A DNA stretch of 64,000 bases from Fimicolochytrium jonesii (GCF_025526975.1 NW_026515683.1:372001-436000), one strand, 5' to 3'; shown: positions 13,245 through 25,968, counted from the first letter of the stretch. Program-made: numbers and translations. Notes: a model not told the origin generated them from the sequence alone.

Positions 13245-15845
13245 CTACTCCGTCGCCCTACCACCATCACCCCCCGCCAAAAACGGATGCATACAAGCCT
13301 CAGCCGCCGTAATCCTCTCCTCAGGATGCAGCGCCAGCAACCTCTTGAGCAGATCATACCCCTCGGGCGGGATCTCTTTCGCGCGACGGCTGTGCAGGCG
13401 CTCGCAGAGGGTTTCGAAGGGCATGGGAGCGTCGACGGATGGGATATTGGTTTCGAGGTGGCGGCCTGCGTGTGAGTGAGGGAAGGGTCAGCGTGAGGAG
13501 TCGAGGAAGTGAGGCGGAACACAGAGTAGATGGGAGAGGAACGTACGAAACTGCAAAGCCAACTTCTGCATCGCCTGTTTCCCGAAAATGTGCGCAATTT
13601 CCAGGTACGCCTCCTGGTCCTCGCTGGATTGGAAGAACGGGAAGTGGCCGGTGAAGATGCTGAGGAGGATCACGCCTACTGACCATAGGTCGATTGCTGG
13701 TTTGAAAATGACGGTTTTTAGAGGGGAGGTCCACGGGTGGTTTGCGGATTCAGGGACACGCAGGGAGGGCAGCGGAAAATGGAGCAGCGAAAGCACATAC
13801 CACATGTTTGATGGGTTACTTTCATCAAGACTTCAGGCGCGCGGAAGCCGCGGGTACCGGCGCGAGACGCTCGGACGCTTGGTCTGGCGCGAAAAAGTGA
13901 GCCCCCCCAACCGAGGTGGGGCATCGCAAAGTACAAAGCCAAGAATGGGTTGGATGCTTACCTTGGGTCGTTTATGATGTACCCAGGCTTTCGGTTCGAG
14001 CGCTTCGGCGGCGCTGGAGAGACGCTGGACAGGCCTTCGCTGGTGATCTTCGGGGCCGTCATTTCTTCCCTCTGTTGCATTCGCGGTGAAGGAGTGAGAT
14101 GTTGCACCATGATCATCATCAAACTTCGGTGGGCTGACCAAATCATACCTGCGCCAACCCAAAATCACACAGCACGCCCGTACGCATCTTCAGATTGTAC
14201 AGAAAGTTGCTAGGCTTGACGTCGCGGTGGATGATCCTATACTTGTGTATGTGCTCCAGGCCGCTCAGGAGTGCGCGCATGTAGTCGCGGATCTCGTCCA
14301 TGGTTAGTTTGAGATAGAAGTCCTGTTTTGTCGCATGTATGGGAAAGGAGATGAATTGCGAAAGTGTTAGCAATATGTTTGCATGAAGAGGGAAGAGACA
14401 AGAAGGAGGTCGACGCACATACCCGGAAATCCGAATGCCTGAAGTATGGCAAGCTGCTCAAACACGGAAGAACGTCCGTAACAATGATCCATGAGGGCAA
14501 GTTCGGGGTGAGAGTAAATGATATGGTGCTGCCACTCACACAACGACGACCTGTGGTGGGCAAGCGTCAGATAGAGTTACGACCGCGCGGGAAATCATCC
14601 ACCTGACTACTGGAGATCAAATCGTACCTGATCTTGATGCCGTAGCGCCGTGATAAGGTGCACAATGTTTGGATGTCCACTTTATTGGGGACCAATAATT
14701 GAGCATTCGTCTGACAGGCTTTCCGTCGCGGTTTAGGCCATTCCATTCCAAGCACTCACCGTAGAGTCGACAAGACCCTAATTTCATTACATATCCTCTG
14801 GGAGCTACTCGTAACATAAATACGCTTCAATGCAACCGACGGCGCGTTGCCGAAGGCCTTCGCCAGCGGAACATAGTACGGGTCGTCCTTCGGCCTGTCG
14901 GTCAGCTGTCGACTCCAGGCGGTGTTGTCGCAAAGGTCGTGTTCGAGGTCAACGGCTTCGTATACGGAGCTGAACGTTCCTGCGATTGGTAGGATACGGT
15001 TAGAGTGAGGTAGTGACTGGTGAAAATAATCGTATTTCTGCAATGCATTCGTCGACCATCAACCCATCGACCCATCATCCATCAACCATCGAACGTCAAC
15101 CATCAACCATCTCCCACCATCAACAAACAATACATGGGTGAGAGAGTCTTGCGCCTTTGGCGTAATGTGGTGCTCGCTTCGCTCGCAAAAGATCTGACGG
15201 TCGCTGATGCTCGCTAGGAGCTTTGATTAGGGAAGTCTTGCGCCTTTGGCGCAATGTCGCTCGCTCCGCTCGCGCTTCGCTGACGCTCGCGTGGGCGTTT
15301 TCTCTGCCGACTTTGCTAACGCTCTGTCTCCCAGGGCAAACCAAAGGCTCTCCTAGGGCAACCCCGCGGCCCACTTTGCTCGGCAAACGCCCCGTTTCGC
15401 TCGTCGCTGTTGCTCTCTTCACTCGGCGTATCCTACCTTCCCCAATCTTGCAAATCAGATGGTACTTGTCCTTCAACCCCGGAAACTGGTGATAGAAGTC
15501 CAAAATCTCGTCATTGGTTTCGTTATCGACGACCGAAAACGTAGGTCTTTCATCGCTCGTTCGCGTCCTCTTTGCCACAGCGCCCGGTCGATTCTCCTTT
15601 TCATGCCCCTCCGCAACTTTCTTTCGCTTGCGTTCACCATCGGCTGGGGTTTCTGCTGTGCGCTTTCTGCTATCTCCCGTTTGCCCTGGTTCTGGTGAAG
15701 GCGAGACTTCTCTGGGGTCTTCCTGAGGGGAAGTGCCTGTGGGTTTTATGGTTTCTACTTGTGTGTTCTGGTCGTCTAGGATTTCCGTGGGACCGTCGTA
15801 AAGTTCTGTGGCGTCCGCCTTCACCTCACTCATGGGGGAGGGCAT
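13245..15845 (-). CDS. CDC7: Cell division control protein 7 (DDK catalytic) kinase, multi-exon
   Basis: KIGEG/TFSSVY, VALKRIYVTSSSQRICNE, IIHRDVKPSNFL, DFGLAQ, RASRAGTRGFRAPEVL, DLWSVGVILL, RITAAEACMHPF across spliced exons. Confidence 0.94.
15056..15126 (+). repeat. Degenerate (CCATCAA)n-like minisatellite in CDC7 intron 1
   Basis: ccatcaacccatcgacccatcatccatcaaccatcgaacgtcaaccatcaaccatctcccaccatcaac. Confidence 0.75.
15145..15290. repeat. Duplicated palindrome-rich module (starts 89 nt apart) in CDC7 intron 1; possible non-autonomous element
   Basis: AGTCTTGCGCCTTTGGCGYAATGT starts at 15145 and 15234, each followed by GCTCGCTYCGCTCGC and TCGCTGAYGCTCGC. Confidence 0.8.
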
Positions 15846-16298
15846 GCGCCTGTCTTTACTTCCAAATTCTGCCGGAGTTGAGCCTCCAGTATCACGAGCA
15901 ACCCACCAATCGACCGACCAAGGTGTATAATAGTAGTACTACAGCAAGCTCAGCAGATGCAGCAGCCGATGCCAGTGTTTGAGGATTCCTCCATCTTCCG
16001 AACAGAGATGTCCAGGGTGTCCGATATTCCCACGCGGTTCCCGTCAAGTCATTCGTGGCTTGGTGCGCCAGCGAAAGGATCTATGACATCCCCGCGGCCC
16101 ATCCAGCGACAGACGCGCGCCCTCGTCTGAGCTTTGCTTTTGGAACGAGTTGCCAGTGGCAGCCACCCACCACAGAGCAGGACACGAACGTCACTCGACC
16201 ATATAATAAAGGGGACCAAACTGCCACTCGGAACCTTGCGTCTGTAAAACCAGCAGGCAGGAGAGACCCTCGTCAAGTTGCAAACTCGCAACAACGAA

Positions 16299-18054
16299 AT
16301 GGCTGGCATCATGAAGGAAGCTTCGGTTGAGCTGGTACGTCGTCTGTGAGTTCAGCGTATAGTATGGTGAAGCTCTGCTCCTAACCCTGTTCTTCGGCGG
16401 TTCGGTTGTCTAGCTGCCGCTTGAAGGCCATAGCTCGTTCTTCCATGGGAAATGTAAGACCGCTTCAATTCAACTCCCGACCGATAGTGACAACGCTAAC
16501 TTCATGTGGTTGCGCTCTACAGATGGGATAGAGCCCTGCTCGCTACGGGGCCTGGTGCGCGTCACCCAACCGTTCCGCCACCCATTGCACCTCGTTGACA
16601 CGACCGTGACTTTCGAGGGCAAGTCCGCGTCCTCCTCAGAGGAAATCGTCTGCGTAGACTTCCACTCCTCGGTGCTGGCGGAAGGTCACGAGCGCAAACT
16701 GCCCTATGGAACGCACGACTTTGAGTGGATCGTTGAGCTCTCCACGGACCCATTGCTCCCACCTTCACGGAAAGTGATGTCCCAATCTGGACCGTATCAT
16801 CGAAAGACCCACCGCATAAAGTACCATCTGCATGCCGCACTCGCGTATCACGGCATGGTGGGACGAGTCAAGAAGGAAGTGTCGATCCCTATGGAACCAT
16901 TTCTTGTGTGGCCCACTGCAGAGTTGCTGATACCTGCTCCGCACCGATGGGAAGCTGTGACCCCGTCCGTACAATATGACATCTCTGTGTCGAGTACCAT
17001 TTTGGGACCAGGAGATGCGTTCGATTTTGCTTTCAGGATTGTATCGCGTGGATACATGATCAACAACGTCAAGCTCACTATCAGCGAATACTGCGATGAG
17101 CCTCAGCCGTCGAGTATCAGTATGTCGGACGCTCTGCACAACGCGGGTAAAAGGTATGTCACTTCCCGCTTTTCACAATCCGTTGCCGTGCTCCTCAGAG
17201 AACGATAGCTGACAACATTCATCTCTCGTGTGAGCAGAAAGCTGCTATCGTGGGACTGGAAGTCCGTGAGCTACGATCGGACCGAAGATTTCTTCGATGC
17301 TCAGACTCATTCAGTCGTGTTCCCAGCTGGAAGCCGACCCAACCCCACAACGCTACCCTCGGAGGCGTTCCAAACGGCCAACGTGCACCATCAAATGAAA
17401 GTGTCGATCCACTTCGACGACGCACCAACCCTCACATTGAAGGTTCCCGTCACCGTCCTGCCAATGCCCGTCACCGATGCAAAGAAGGCTTTGATTGATG
17501 TTGCCCGAAACCCCGCAGCCATACCATCAGACCAAGCAACTCAACTGACTTTGAGAAGACAAGGCGGAAGCCTAAAAGTCTCACCCGACCAAAGCCCCTC
17601 CGCCAACGGCGACACCAACAACCCGACTCCCACGGGTGAATTTCCCAACACCCAACAACCCCTCCGCAAAGCAACAACCATCAAACGCCGCGAAACCAAC
17701 GCCACCGTCTCCGCCCTCGAACGCACCTCCACCGTGCGTCCCGCCCAACCCCTGCCCTCTCCGCCAGGACCACCAGTACCCGACCTCTCCGCCGCCCTTT
17801 CCAGCCTCGAAAAAACCCTTATCGCAACCATGCAGCAGAACCAAGAAGCGACGATGAAGAAGCTGATCGAGGTGGAAGTGGAGCAGAAACGTATGCTCCG
17901 CCGGGTGTTTGAGCTGGAGAACCTTGTTAAAAGTCTGCAGGAGGATTCTAACGGCCATGGGGTGAATGCTGCGTATGATGGGCAGTTTTCGGAGACGGGA
18001 AGTGTGAGGAGCTCGAAGAGTAAGATTAAGGGGTTCAAGAACTTCTTTGGGTGA
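16299..18054 (+). CDS. Arrestin-like (alpha-arrestin fold) protein with Pro-rich/coiled-coil tail, multi-exon
   Basis: Spliced N-terminus MAGIMKEASVELLPLEG..SLRGLVRV; LPYGTHDFEW, LPPS, IKYHLHA, LPSEAF..VHHQMKV pattern typical of arrestin N/C domains. Confidence 0.7.
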
Positions 18055-18812
18055 AGAGCTCGGACAAAGCAACGACATTGGGAGGCAAGGCACCCCCTAC
18101 ATTTATCATTTTCATGTCACGCACAATAGGCATATGTACATCGAGCATAGGAGACGCTGGTAGATTGTACATAGCAGAGTCTCATACCATCGGCTTACCT
18201 CCAGTGTATACATCGTAGAACAACGAGTATAGACAGTCTGAGTCATTTGTACAAACGCCGTTGCCTTTGCTTTTCGACGAAGCTGGTCAGACTGCTGGTC
18301 AAGCCACGTTTTGTCACGGTTCAACGCGTTTCCGTCAAATTCCCCGTGCTGGTCGGGCTTTGAGAATCACTTCTGGTGGGAAAAGAATTGGGAAAGCAGT
18401 ACAGTCGAGGAAGAGGAATATTTACAGTCGCACTACATGTACAAGATAGGGTAGAGATGCAGAACGATCATCCGCAGTTCTGTAGCCATGTAGGGTTTTT
18501 AGGTTGTTCCTGTCATCTTTGTACGTCATGCATGTGCCCAACGCCCCACCACCCGCCCTGCCTGGGCCATCTTCCGCTGAGGGGTGTCGCGAGACAGCCG
18601 CCGGTGGACCTCTCTGAACTATAAAGGGAGTGTGTGTCCCAGCCGTCCGCTGTTCTTACCGTCCAAACGCCGGATATACGAGTCTGGGAGCATTCACCGT
18701 CTGCCACCTACATTACGATTGCTCGCCGCCCGCGAAAATACACTAAACCACACCAGCAGAACCTTAAACGCAAACCCCCAATAAAGTTCCCTGCCGGAAC
18801 CATCCTTCCACC

Positions 18813-20879
18813 ATGCTGTCCCACCTCACAAACCCCCACCCACCCCCCGTCCCCCCCATCCCACTCCAATACACCACCCACGCAAAACCACACCACCTCC
18901 ACCGGCCCCTCTCCGCCCCCTACCTCATCGCTTCTCCACCCTCAAACGTACCGATGCAGCTTAAACCGCACCGCCGCAAACCGGTGAATTACGAGAATTT
19001 AGTTGTTGATACCAATGCGGCGACGGGGGAGGTAGCGCGGGGTGGATATGGATTGGAGACGGTTGATTCGGCGGGGTATCTGGCGAGCAATGAGGAATTG
19101 AGTGCGGGTGCCGGCGTGGCGGAGAAGGAGAAGAGTAGGGGGAGATCCAGGTCTCGGACACCATCTAGGTACGTAGTTCCATACAAAAAATGTGATTGAT
19201 TGAATTCAGAGCCTGCCATACTGACCCCTCAACCCGCCCAGCGCCCCATCGCACCCCATCGCACCCCCCAAACGCCGGGACTCCCTCGCTTCCACCCACT
19301 CCCGCTCCATTTTCTCCCCACCAGGCTCCCACGCGCGGGCACCGCCCTCCCCTATCGTCAAAAAATCAGGCCTGATGTCCAAAATCGCAACCATGGGTGA
19401 AGTCCTTCGCGACACGTGGGTTACTGATCCGCGGCCTGAGCATTTACGTGAGCAGCGGGGGCAGCTCTCGGCGGAGAGTTTGGAGAGTTTGGAGAGTTTG
19501 GGGGAAAGGAGAAGTAGGGGGAGTAGTGAGGTGCCGGAGGCGCAGGGGGTGGGAGAGAGAGAAAGAGTGGAGAAAGAGACTGAGAAGGAGAATCACGACC
19601 CGTCGATGTATACGTATAGGACTAAGCATAGGGCGGAGTTTGAGCGGCGGAGACGGAATGGTATGTGTCTCTCCTCATTCCCATATCTCATATCTTCGTT
19701 CGTGAGATGGTATATTGACCAAGTATGTCTTGATGCAGATTTGGCACTATCAGCAGAAGTCTCGCGCCTCGAAGAGCTAGTCGCGGCACGACAGAGCGAG
19801 ACGCAGGACTTACACGCCGCGGTTGAGTTGCTGGCTAGGAGGTGTAAGGCGTTGGAGGGGCAGGTTGTCGGATTGGGTGAGGTGCCTGGTATGTTAGTCC
19901 CTGTTCTTTTTTTTTGTCTGTCGTTCAGTGGGGCGGTCATGATTTCGTCGCTGACCACGTTTCTCCCTACTTGGTTTCACAGTCTCACAGACGGATGAGT
20001 CTTTGCAGCAGAATCGGTTGAACGATGTAGCTCTGAGGATCGTAAAGGTGGGTGAAGATTCAGCCACGCTTCCGGTCTATGTACAACTACTGATCACATT
20101 ACATCACAGAGGTCTGAGATGAACAACGGCATCGCAGTAGCCAACGCCCAATCGACAGCTCTTATGGAAGAAATCCATGTAAGCCTCTAACTATCATACC
20201 ACCACCTTCCTTCCAGTCACGCCGCTAACACAGTCACCGAACCCCCTAGGCCAAAACCCGTCAAATCCGCCGCCACCTCAAACTCCTCATCCCAGCGCGC
20301 GAAGAACAGGAACAGGGTGCCGCTACGGCTGCCGAGGGGGTTGTTAAGTGTGAGGACGGGAACGATGGTGAGACGATGGGCGCGCCGCCGCCGGCGCCGA
20401 AGCGACTTAGTTCGGTTGCTGAGGAGGCGGGTGTGTCGTCTGTGTCTGGGATGACGGTCGTGCCCGTACCTCTTATCAGTGTTACTGAAGGGAAGAGCGA
20501 TGGTGGGCGTGAACAGGCCGAGCAGAAGAGTGACCTGGAGACTGTGCAGGAGACTAGGCGTCCGGCTGGGGAGTCGCATGCATCATCGGACGACATCCAC
20601 AGCTCCGCAGCTCCAGCATCCTTGGAGCAGTCTGAACCCGAACACGCGGTGGTCGAAGAGCCGAATTTACCGTCACATTCTACGAAAGCCATACAAGACA
20701 TTCAAACCGCACCATCGCACCAACCATCACCACCAACACCTGAAACAGAAACAAAGCTAACCACGCCGATACCATCAACGGCCTCAAACCCCACCCTTCC
20801 AAACCCCACCTCCTCAATCTCCATCACGGACGGGTTTGCGGACGATCTGCTTGGGATAATGAACGATTACGGGTTATGA
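18813..20879 (+). CDS. Hypothetical coiled-coil/low-complexity protein, multi-exon
   Basis: Chain of ORFs joined by GT-AG introns; coiled coil LSAEVSRLEELVAARQSETQDLHAAVELLARRCKALE; ends DDLLGIMNDYGL. Confidence 0.6.
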
Positions 20880-20929
20880 GAAGGGGACGGAGACGACGGA
20901 GACGTTGTTGAATAGTTCGTTGTACGTGT

Positions 20930-21900
20930 ATGCGTGTATAGGAGATGTTTTGAAGCATAAGTCGATGGGGCTGGTTCCCGGGGAAATGGACCGTTGTTCG
21001 TGGTCCAATATATTTCCGGGGAGATGTCATGCTGGAGGTCTAGCCCCGACGCGTTCAAGGTCGAAGGATTACGTATACAAGCGAGAAAACGCGTCGAAAT
21101 CGGTTTCGGTGGAACGCTCACCCCAAGGTGCAATTTATTCATGTTCAGACTTTCAAGTTCGTTGGCCAGATTCCGGTGAGGCGGGTACTGTCGGTACTGC
21201 CCAGATGTAGGATGTTCCACAAAGTCTTGTGTCTACAAGATGTGGGGCAGAGAAGGCCCAAATGTAGTCTCCAGATGTGTGATGCTGGGGTTTTCTGAGA
21301 AAATATGCGACTTTTGTGAGGATATTCGAAATCGTATTCGTTGTGAAGATTGCGCAGGCAGGCAAGGTCCAATTGAACGTTTCCGCCAGAAGAAGAGGGC
21401 CCTCGCTGGAATTGGTGGGATCCAGTAGTGGACTAGAAGGCATTGAGCATGGCCGACGGACTATAGCGTCGGGAATCAACCCTTGCGGTAAGCGAGAATA
21501 GTATGGCACTAACGCTATAGCAGCTATCCCTCGAAAGAACCTGAAGAAACTGTTGTCAGCGTTGAAAACGAAGCATAGAAAGGAGAAGGTATTCACCTTG
21601 CTTCCGCAAAGGGCTAAATCGGGCTAATGTCGCAGTACACTCGGGAAACCATCTCGGTGGGCCCTTCCTTGTTGATTTAGCTGTCATAACCTCTCGGAAT
21701 GCTCACGAGGCATCTCAACGCTTTATGATCCTCTAGGAAAATGCGTGAATGTTGAATGTTTGATATGTCTGAGCGACCTGCTGCACAGTCTGTAATCTGA
21801 CGTAGTTGGGAATCGCATTTTGCAAAAGCACGGGGTCAGGTTGTTTGGAAGATCTCCAGAGGCAGAACAGCAAGAGAAAATCAAACAATCTCCACTGCAA
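20930..21900 (-). pseudogene. Possible decayed F-box/LRR-like gene
   Basis: Broken frames: FSLAVLPLEIFQ then, after a frameshift, YRLCSRSLRHI (F-box-like); downstream Leu-rich fragments (LDLACLRNLH, NLANELESLNMNKLHLG); stops and frameshifts. Weak. Confidence 0.28.
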
Positions 21901-22459
21901 CTTCATTCAACGAAGCATATTCAGAGATGCGATACGATAGGGATTCGCGTATTTTCACTGTTGAGCGACTATAATCTTCAGGCGAACAACGACCTTAGGA
22001 TGAAGCAGCTTCTGCGGAGGAACGGAGAGGTAAGGAGAACCAGTTCGAGACGTAGGACATTTGATTGACATAGCCTTCGCATGGCTTCGAAAGAACTCCA
22101 GACCTGAGGTCAAGGGGTGGTAGCAGATCGCGCTAGACAATCTGGCAGACTCCACCCAAATGGTTCGGCCACAGTCTTCGCATCGCACGGAGGACGCAAC
22201 TTTGTTGGACCTCGAAGGCGGCGGTTCAGACTTGGTCAGTATCTAGTCATTTCTATTCATGTCAAGGGTACGCTCCGTATATGATGGGCAGTGTCGACAA
22301 AGTGCTTCCGCCTCTTTCATAAATCTCCCTACTATATCTGAGATCTAGTAATTGACGATGACAGATTGGGAGCGAGTTCTCGCAACAACATGTCCAAATA
22401 CGCCGAAGCGCTGCCATACATTTGGCGACGCTTATCAGCCGTCAACGGCGGCGTCAGTC

Positions 22460-24290
22460 TCAGCGATTCCGTTTCCTTCTAGATTTCGCTTTCTGGCCGC
22501 CCGCTGATGCTTGTAGCCTCAATGCATCTGGCAGCCAATCCGCCTGATCCGGCCTTGCTGGTGCCTGTACTTCCGCTTGAATGTCCTGCTCCCTTAACGC
22601 GCGCACCTGCTGGCCAAGTGCCCTCACTTTCTTCACGCCCATCTCTCCCAAGAAGATTTCTTTCATCCACGGCTCCACCTCCCTCCACATCCGTGCAATC
22701 CCCGATCTTTTCTCAAAGTCAGCTCCAACGGACAGACTTCCGAAACTTCCGAGGTGCCGCGCAAACAAATGCGGGAACACGGATTTTATCCGCTTCTCAC
22801 TCCACGTCACCCAGTTCCATGCCAACTCGGCTGCCCGTGTACGGTCGCGCAGGAGGTGCTCGGCGCGCATGGCGCAGTAGGCGGACGACCAGGCTGTGAT
22901 CCAGTGATTTGTCCCGAGTGTTTGATTTGCTGTTGCGTTGATAATGAACAGTTTTTGGAGTGCGCCCGAGGATGTCTTTCCCGTTTGTTGTGAATGAGCT
23001 GACTCAACTTCATGGGTGGCAGTGGTTACGGAAAGCTCAAGGGATTGCTCGAAGCGGAGAACTTCTTTGAGTGACTGAGACAATGGTGGCTCATTTTTGT
23101 GCCTAGGTAGCGTGGCTCCCGAGGCCGAAGAAGGGTGGGGTATAGATATCGAGCAGGGTGAATGTTGACATATCCATGTTCCCTGTTGCGGATGGAGCAG
23201 CAACGTTGATTCCGAGCAACCGGGGCATTTCAACAACCTAAAGTCATCGGATGCAAGACATCGTTCACACCGGCAATGGAAGAACTTCGTCGCAAGTAGC
23301 TTCTGCTGTCGAAGATGCGTTGGCCAGCAAGCACTGAGAAAGTCCAGGTTGTTGTTTAGCGTGTGCACGCGAACCAAGCACAGGTACGGTCACATACCGG
23401 ATGTCATCACGGATGATATAGTTCGTCGTGACCATATCGCCTTTTTGAATCACTTGCAAGGCGTAGTGTTTCAGGAGTTGCCCATCACCTACATAGACTG
23501 TCTTGTCGAACGAGATTAGGACCGCATCGAGGCGATCGGCAAAGGCCAGAATTCGTCGGCAGGACAGGCTGCTTAGATCGCACACATACCTTGGGCGCAC
23601 ATGAATGTGCCAACTTCGATCCGACATCATACAAAGCAATCTGCACATCATACAACCAATCAGGGTCATACTCAACTTGGACGGATCAGTAGATGCCTTC
23701 AACGTACATGAAGGACCCCGTCTTCAACGTATTCGTGCGCATTAGTAGCGAAAACCAATAGCAGTTTCGTCAATTCTTCTGTCGAGATTCCTTCTAACTC
23801 GCTCAATGTATGCTGCTTGATGACGGATGCTACAGTCGACAAAATCTGTATGACGACTTCGTGCTCTTCATCCGATGGTGGCGTAGCAAAATGTGTCTAT
23901 TGTGAGAGTCGGATTAGATATCCGTTTGCCCGTGAAGACTCTCAGCGCCAGGCCAGGCAAACGTCCCCCCCTTCCCTCCGCTTTTCTCACCTGCACAAGT
24001 TCCCTTTCGGCATCATCTAACCCTCCTGCATAAGCAGCTACAATATTTGCCTGCAGCTCCAATGGCACAACAGCCCCCTCCGGCGCATGGCTTCCGATTT
24101 CCTCTCTAGCTTCCGCCAAGATGCTTTGGAGTTTTGCAAGTAGGGCGGATTCCGAGCTTGGGGTGCGCTCGGCCTTGACTGTGAGCAAGGGCTGGTCAAC
24201 CAACACGAGTTCGCCGACTGTGAACTCACGAGTTGCGACTGCTGCCCGCCCGAGCTCCCCGGGAAAAGTACCAATGCGGAGACCCTCCAT
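22460..24290 (-). CDS. SMYD-type SET domain lysine methyltransferase, multi-exon
   Basis: GRAAVATREFTVGELVLVDQPL, FATNAHE, GSKLAHSCAP, IQKGDMVTTNY, post-SET FFHCRCERC. Confidence 0.85.
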
Positions 24291-24492
24291 GTTTGCCGTG
24301 TTGAGATTGGTGGGTGTTCACGATCGAGCAAAGGGTTCGGGGGCTTGTTTGGCGGAGGAACAAAGAAGGCTGCAAAGAAGGGGAGTGAATAAAGCAGCTT
24401 ATTATCACGTGAGCAATAAATAAAAGATGGTGCGCTTGCAGTTCCTTGCACTCCGACCAGCACCCATACAAGCTACGCTTCCTGGGCACTAA

Positions 24493-25968
24493 ATGCAAAA
24501 AATGCCCAAGTCTCGGGAGAAGAAGGCCTTAACATATCGTAGGCTACCCGACGAGATTCTGAATATCATCTTTCATTATCTGTGAGTAGTCAGAGCGAGT
24601 GTTCTCCCACTCCCCCGTTTCGCGTTCTAACGTTTACTGCGTAGACAACCGGCATATGCTCTCCAAGAAGGTGACGGCTACAGCACACCCTGGTCCGAAG
24701 GCCGTTGCGACGGCCCCAATGAAGTGTGGGGGCCGTTATATGCGGAGGCAGGTCAAGATCACGCCACTGTCAAGCACGACTGGATTCGCACCATCCGTGA
24801 CGAAAAGAAGTATCACCCGACGGTCGTGGTGAATCGGATTCCAGCGAGGAGACACCGTCGGCCGGCGATACTGGATGTTGGAGCCGTTTGCAGAGATTGG
24901 AGAAGGGCCTCATTGGAGCATACGTTTTGGAAGGATTTGGCATGGTGAGACCCCCGGCATGCCACTCAAAATCTGAGTCACGGAGTTGGGAAGCTGAGGA
25001 AGTATGATTGCAGGCACCGGCTTTTGGATTTCCGGCCTCCGCCATTCAGTCGAGACGAGGCATCCGAAACAGCAGTGAATAAGTTTTTCCTTACACTGTC
25101 GGAAGAACCCGCACGCATGGCTCGAGTGCGATCCATATGGCTCGATCTGCCAAACTGGCGCCGTGGCGTTGGGGTGGAGACGCTTCTAAGGGTCTTAAGC
25201 CGCATCCCGCACCCAGACCTGGTGCACACTCTTGTGCTGGAAGCCGAATGGAATGTCCTGTCCAACATCGCGTTGCAGGACTTCATCGCTCGGAAGCTGC
25301 GAGGCTTGAAACGGATATTCATTGGGGGCGTATCATCCCTGATGATATACTCCGGCTTTCGGCCGAGGATGCTCAAACTATGGGCTAGCAACTGGGTCCC
25401 TGCCAGCTTGACTCATTTCGGTATCCGTGGAAATCATAGGAACGACTCAGACACTTGGCGGAAACAGCTGTCTGCACTTCTTGCGAGACAAACGAACATC
25501 CGTCATCTTTCAGTCGACCACCATATAGGAGAGACAATGCCCGCCGGGCCTCCCATGCTATCCCTGTTACCACACCTCACGAGTCTGTGCGTTGTGCTGG
25601 AAGTGGATGCTGCAAGCGAGGTCCTTGGCCTCTCCTCCTGCTCGACTCTCAAAACCCTGCATTTCCGGACCAAACGATGGACAACGGGTTTGACCGTCAT
25701 ACACGAGCTTGCTGAATCCCCGGCGTTGAAAGAGGAGGGTGGCCTCCGGGATCTGCGCATTACGCTTATGTCTATGTCTGAGATGCTGTGGAAAGCTTGG
25801 CAGGATGTATTCGCGGAACTCCGTGGCCTGAAAGCATTGCGGACTTCGAGGCCGACTGACTTGGATATGGGGAACTCCTCGCCATCAAGTTTCAGTGTCT
25901 CAACGATTCAACAGCGGGATGATAGCCGGTCCGCGATGGAGAATGTGGTCCAATTCTTCAAACCGTGA
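24493..25968 (+). CDS. F-box protein with LRR-like C-terminal region, 3 exons
   Basis: Exon 1 RLPDEILNIIFHYL; exon 2 ends VGAVCRDWRRASLEHTFWKDL; exon 3 has LxxLxL repeats (LTHFGI, IRHLSV, LTSLCV, LKTLHF, LRDLRI). Confidence 0.8.

Noticed and set aside
15145..15290. Repeat-spacer-repeat pattern as a CRISPR array
   Set aside because: Only two copies, inside a eukaryotic intron, with shared motifs in the would-be spacer and no cas genes.
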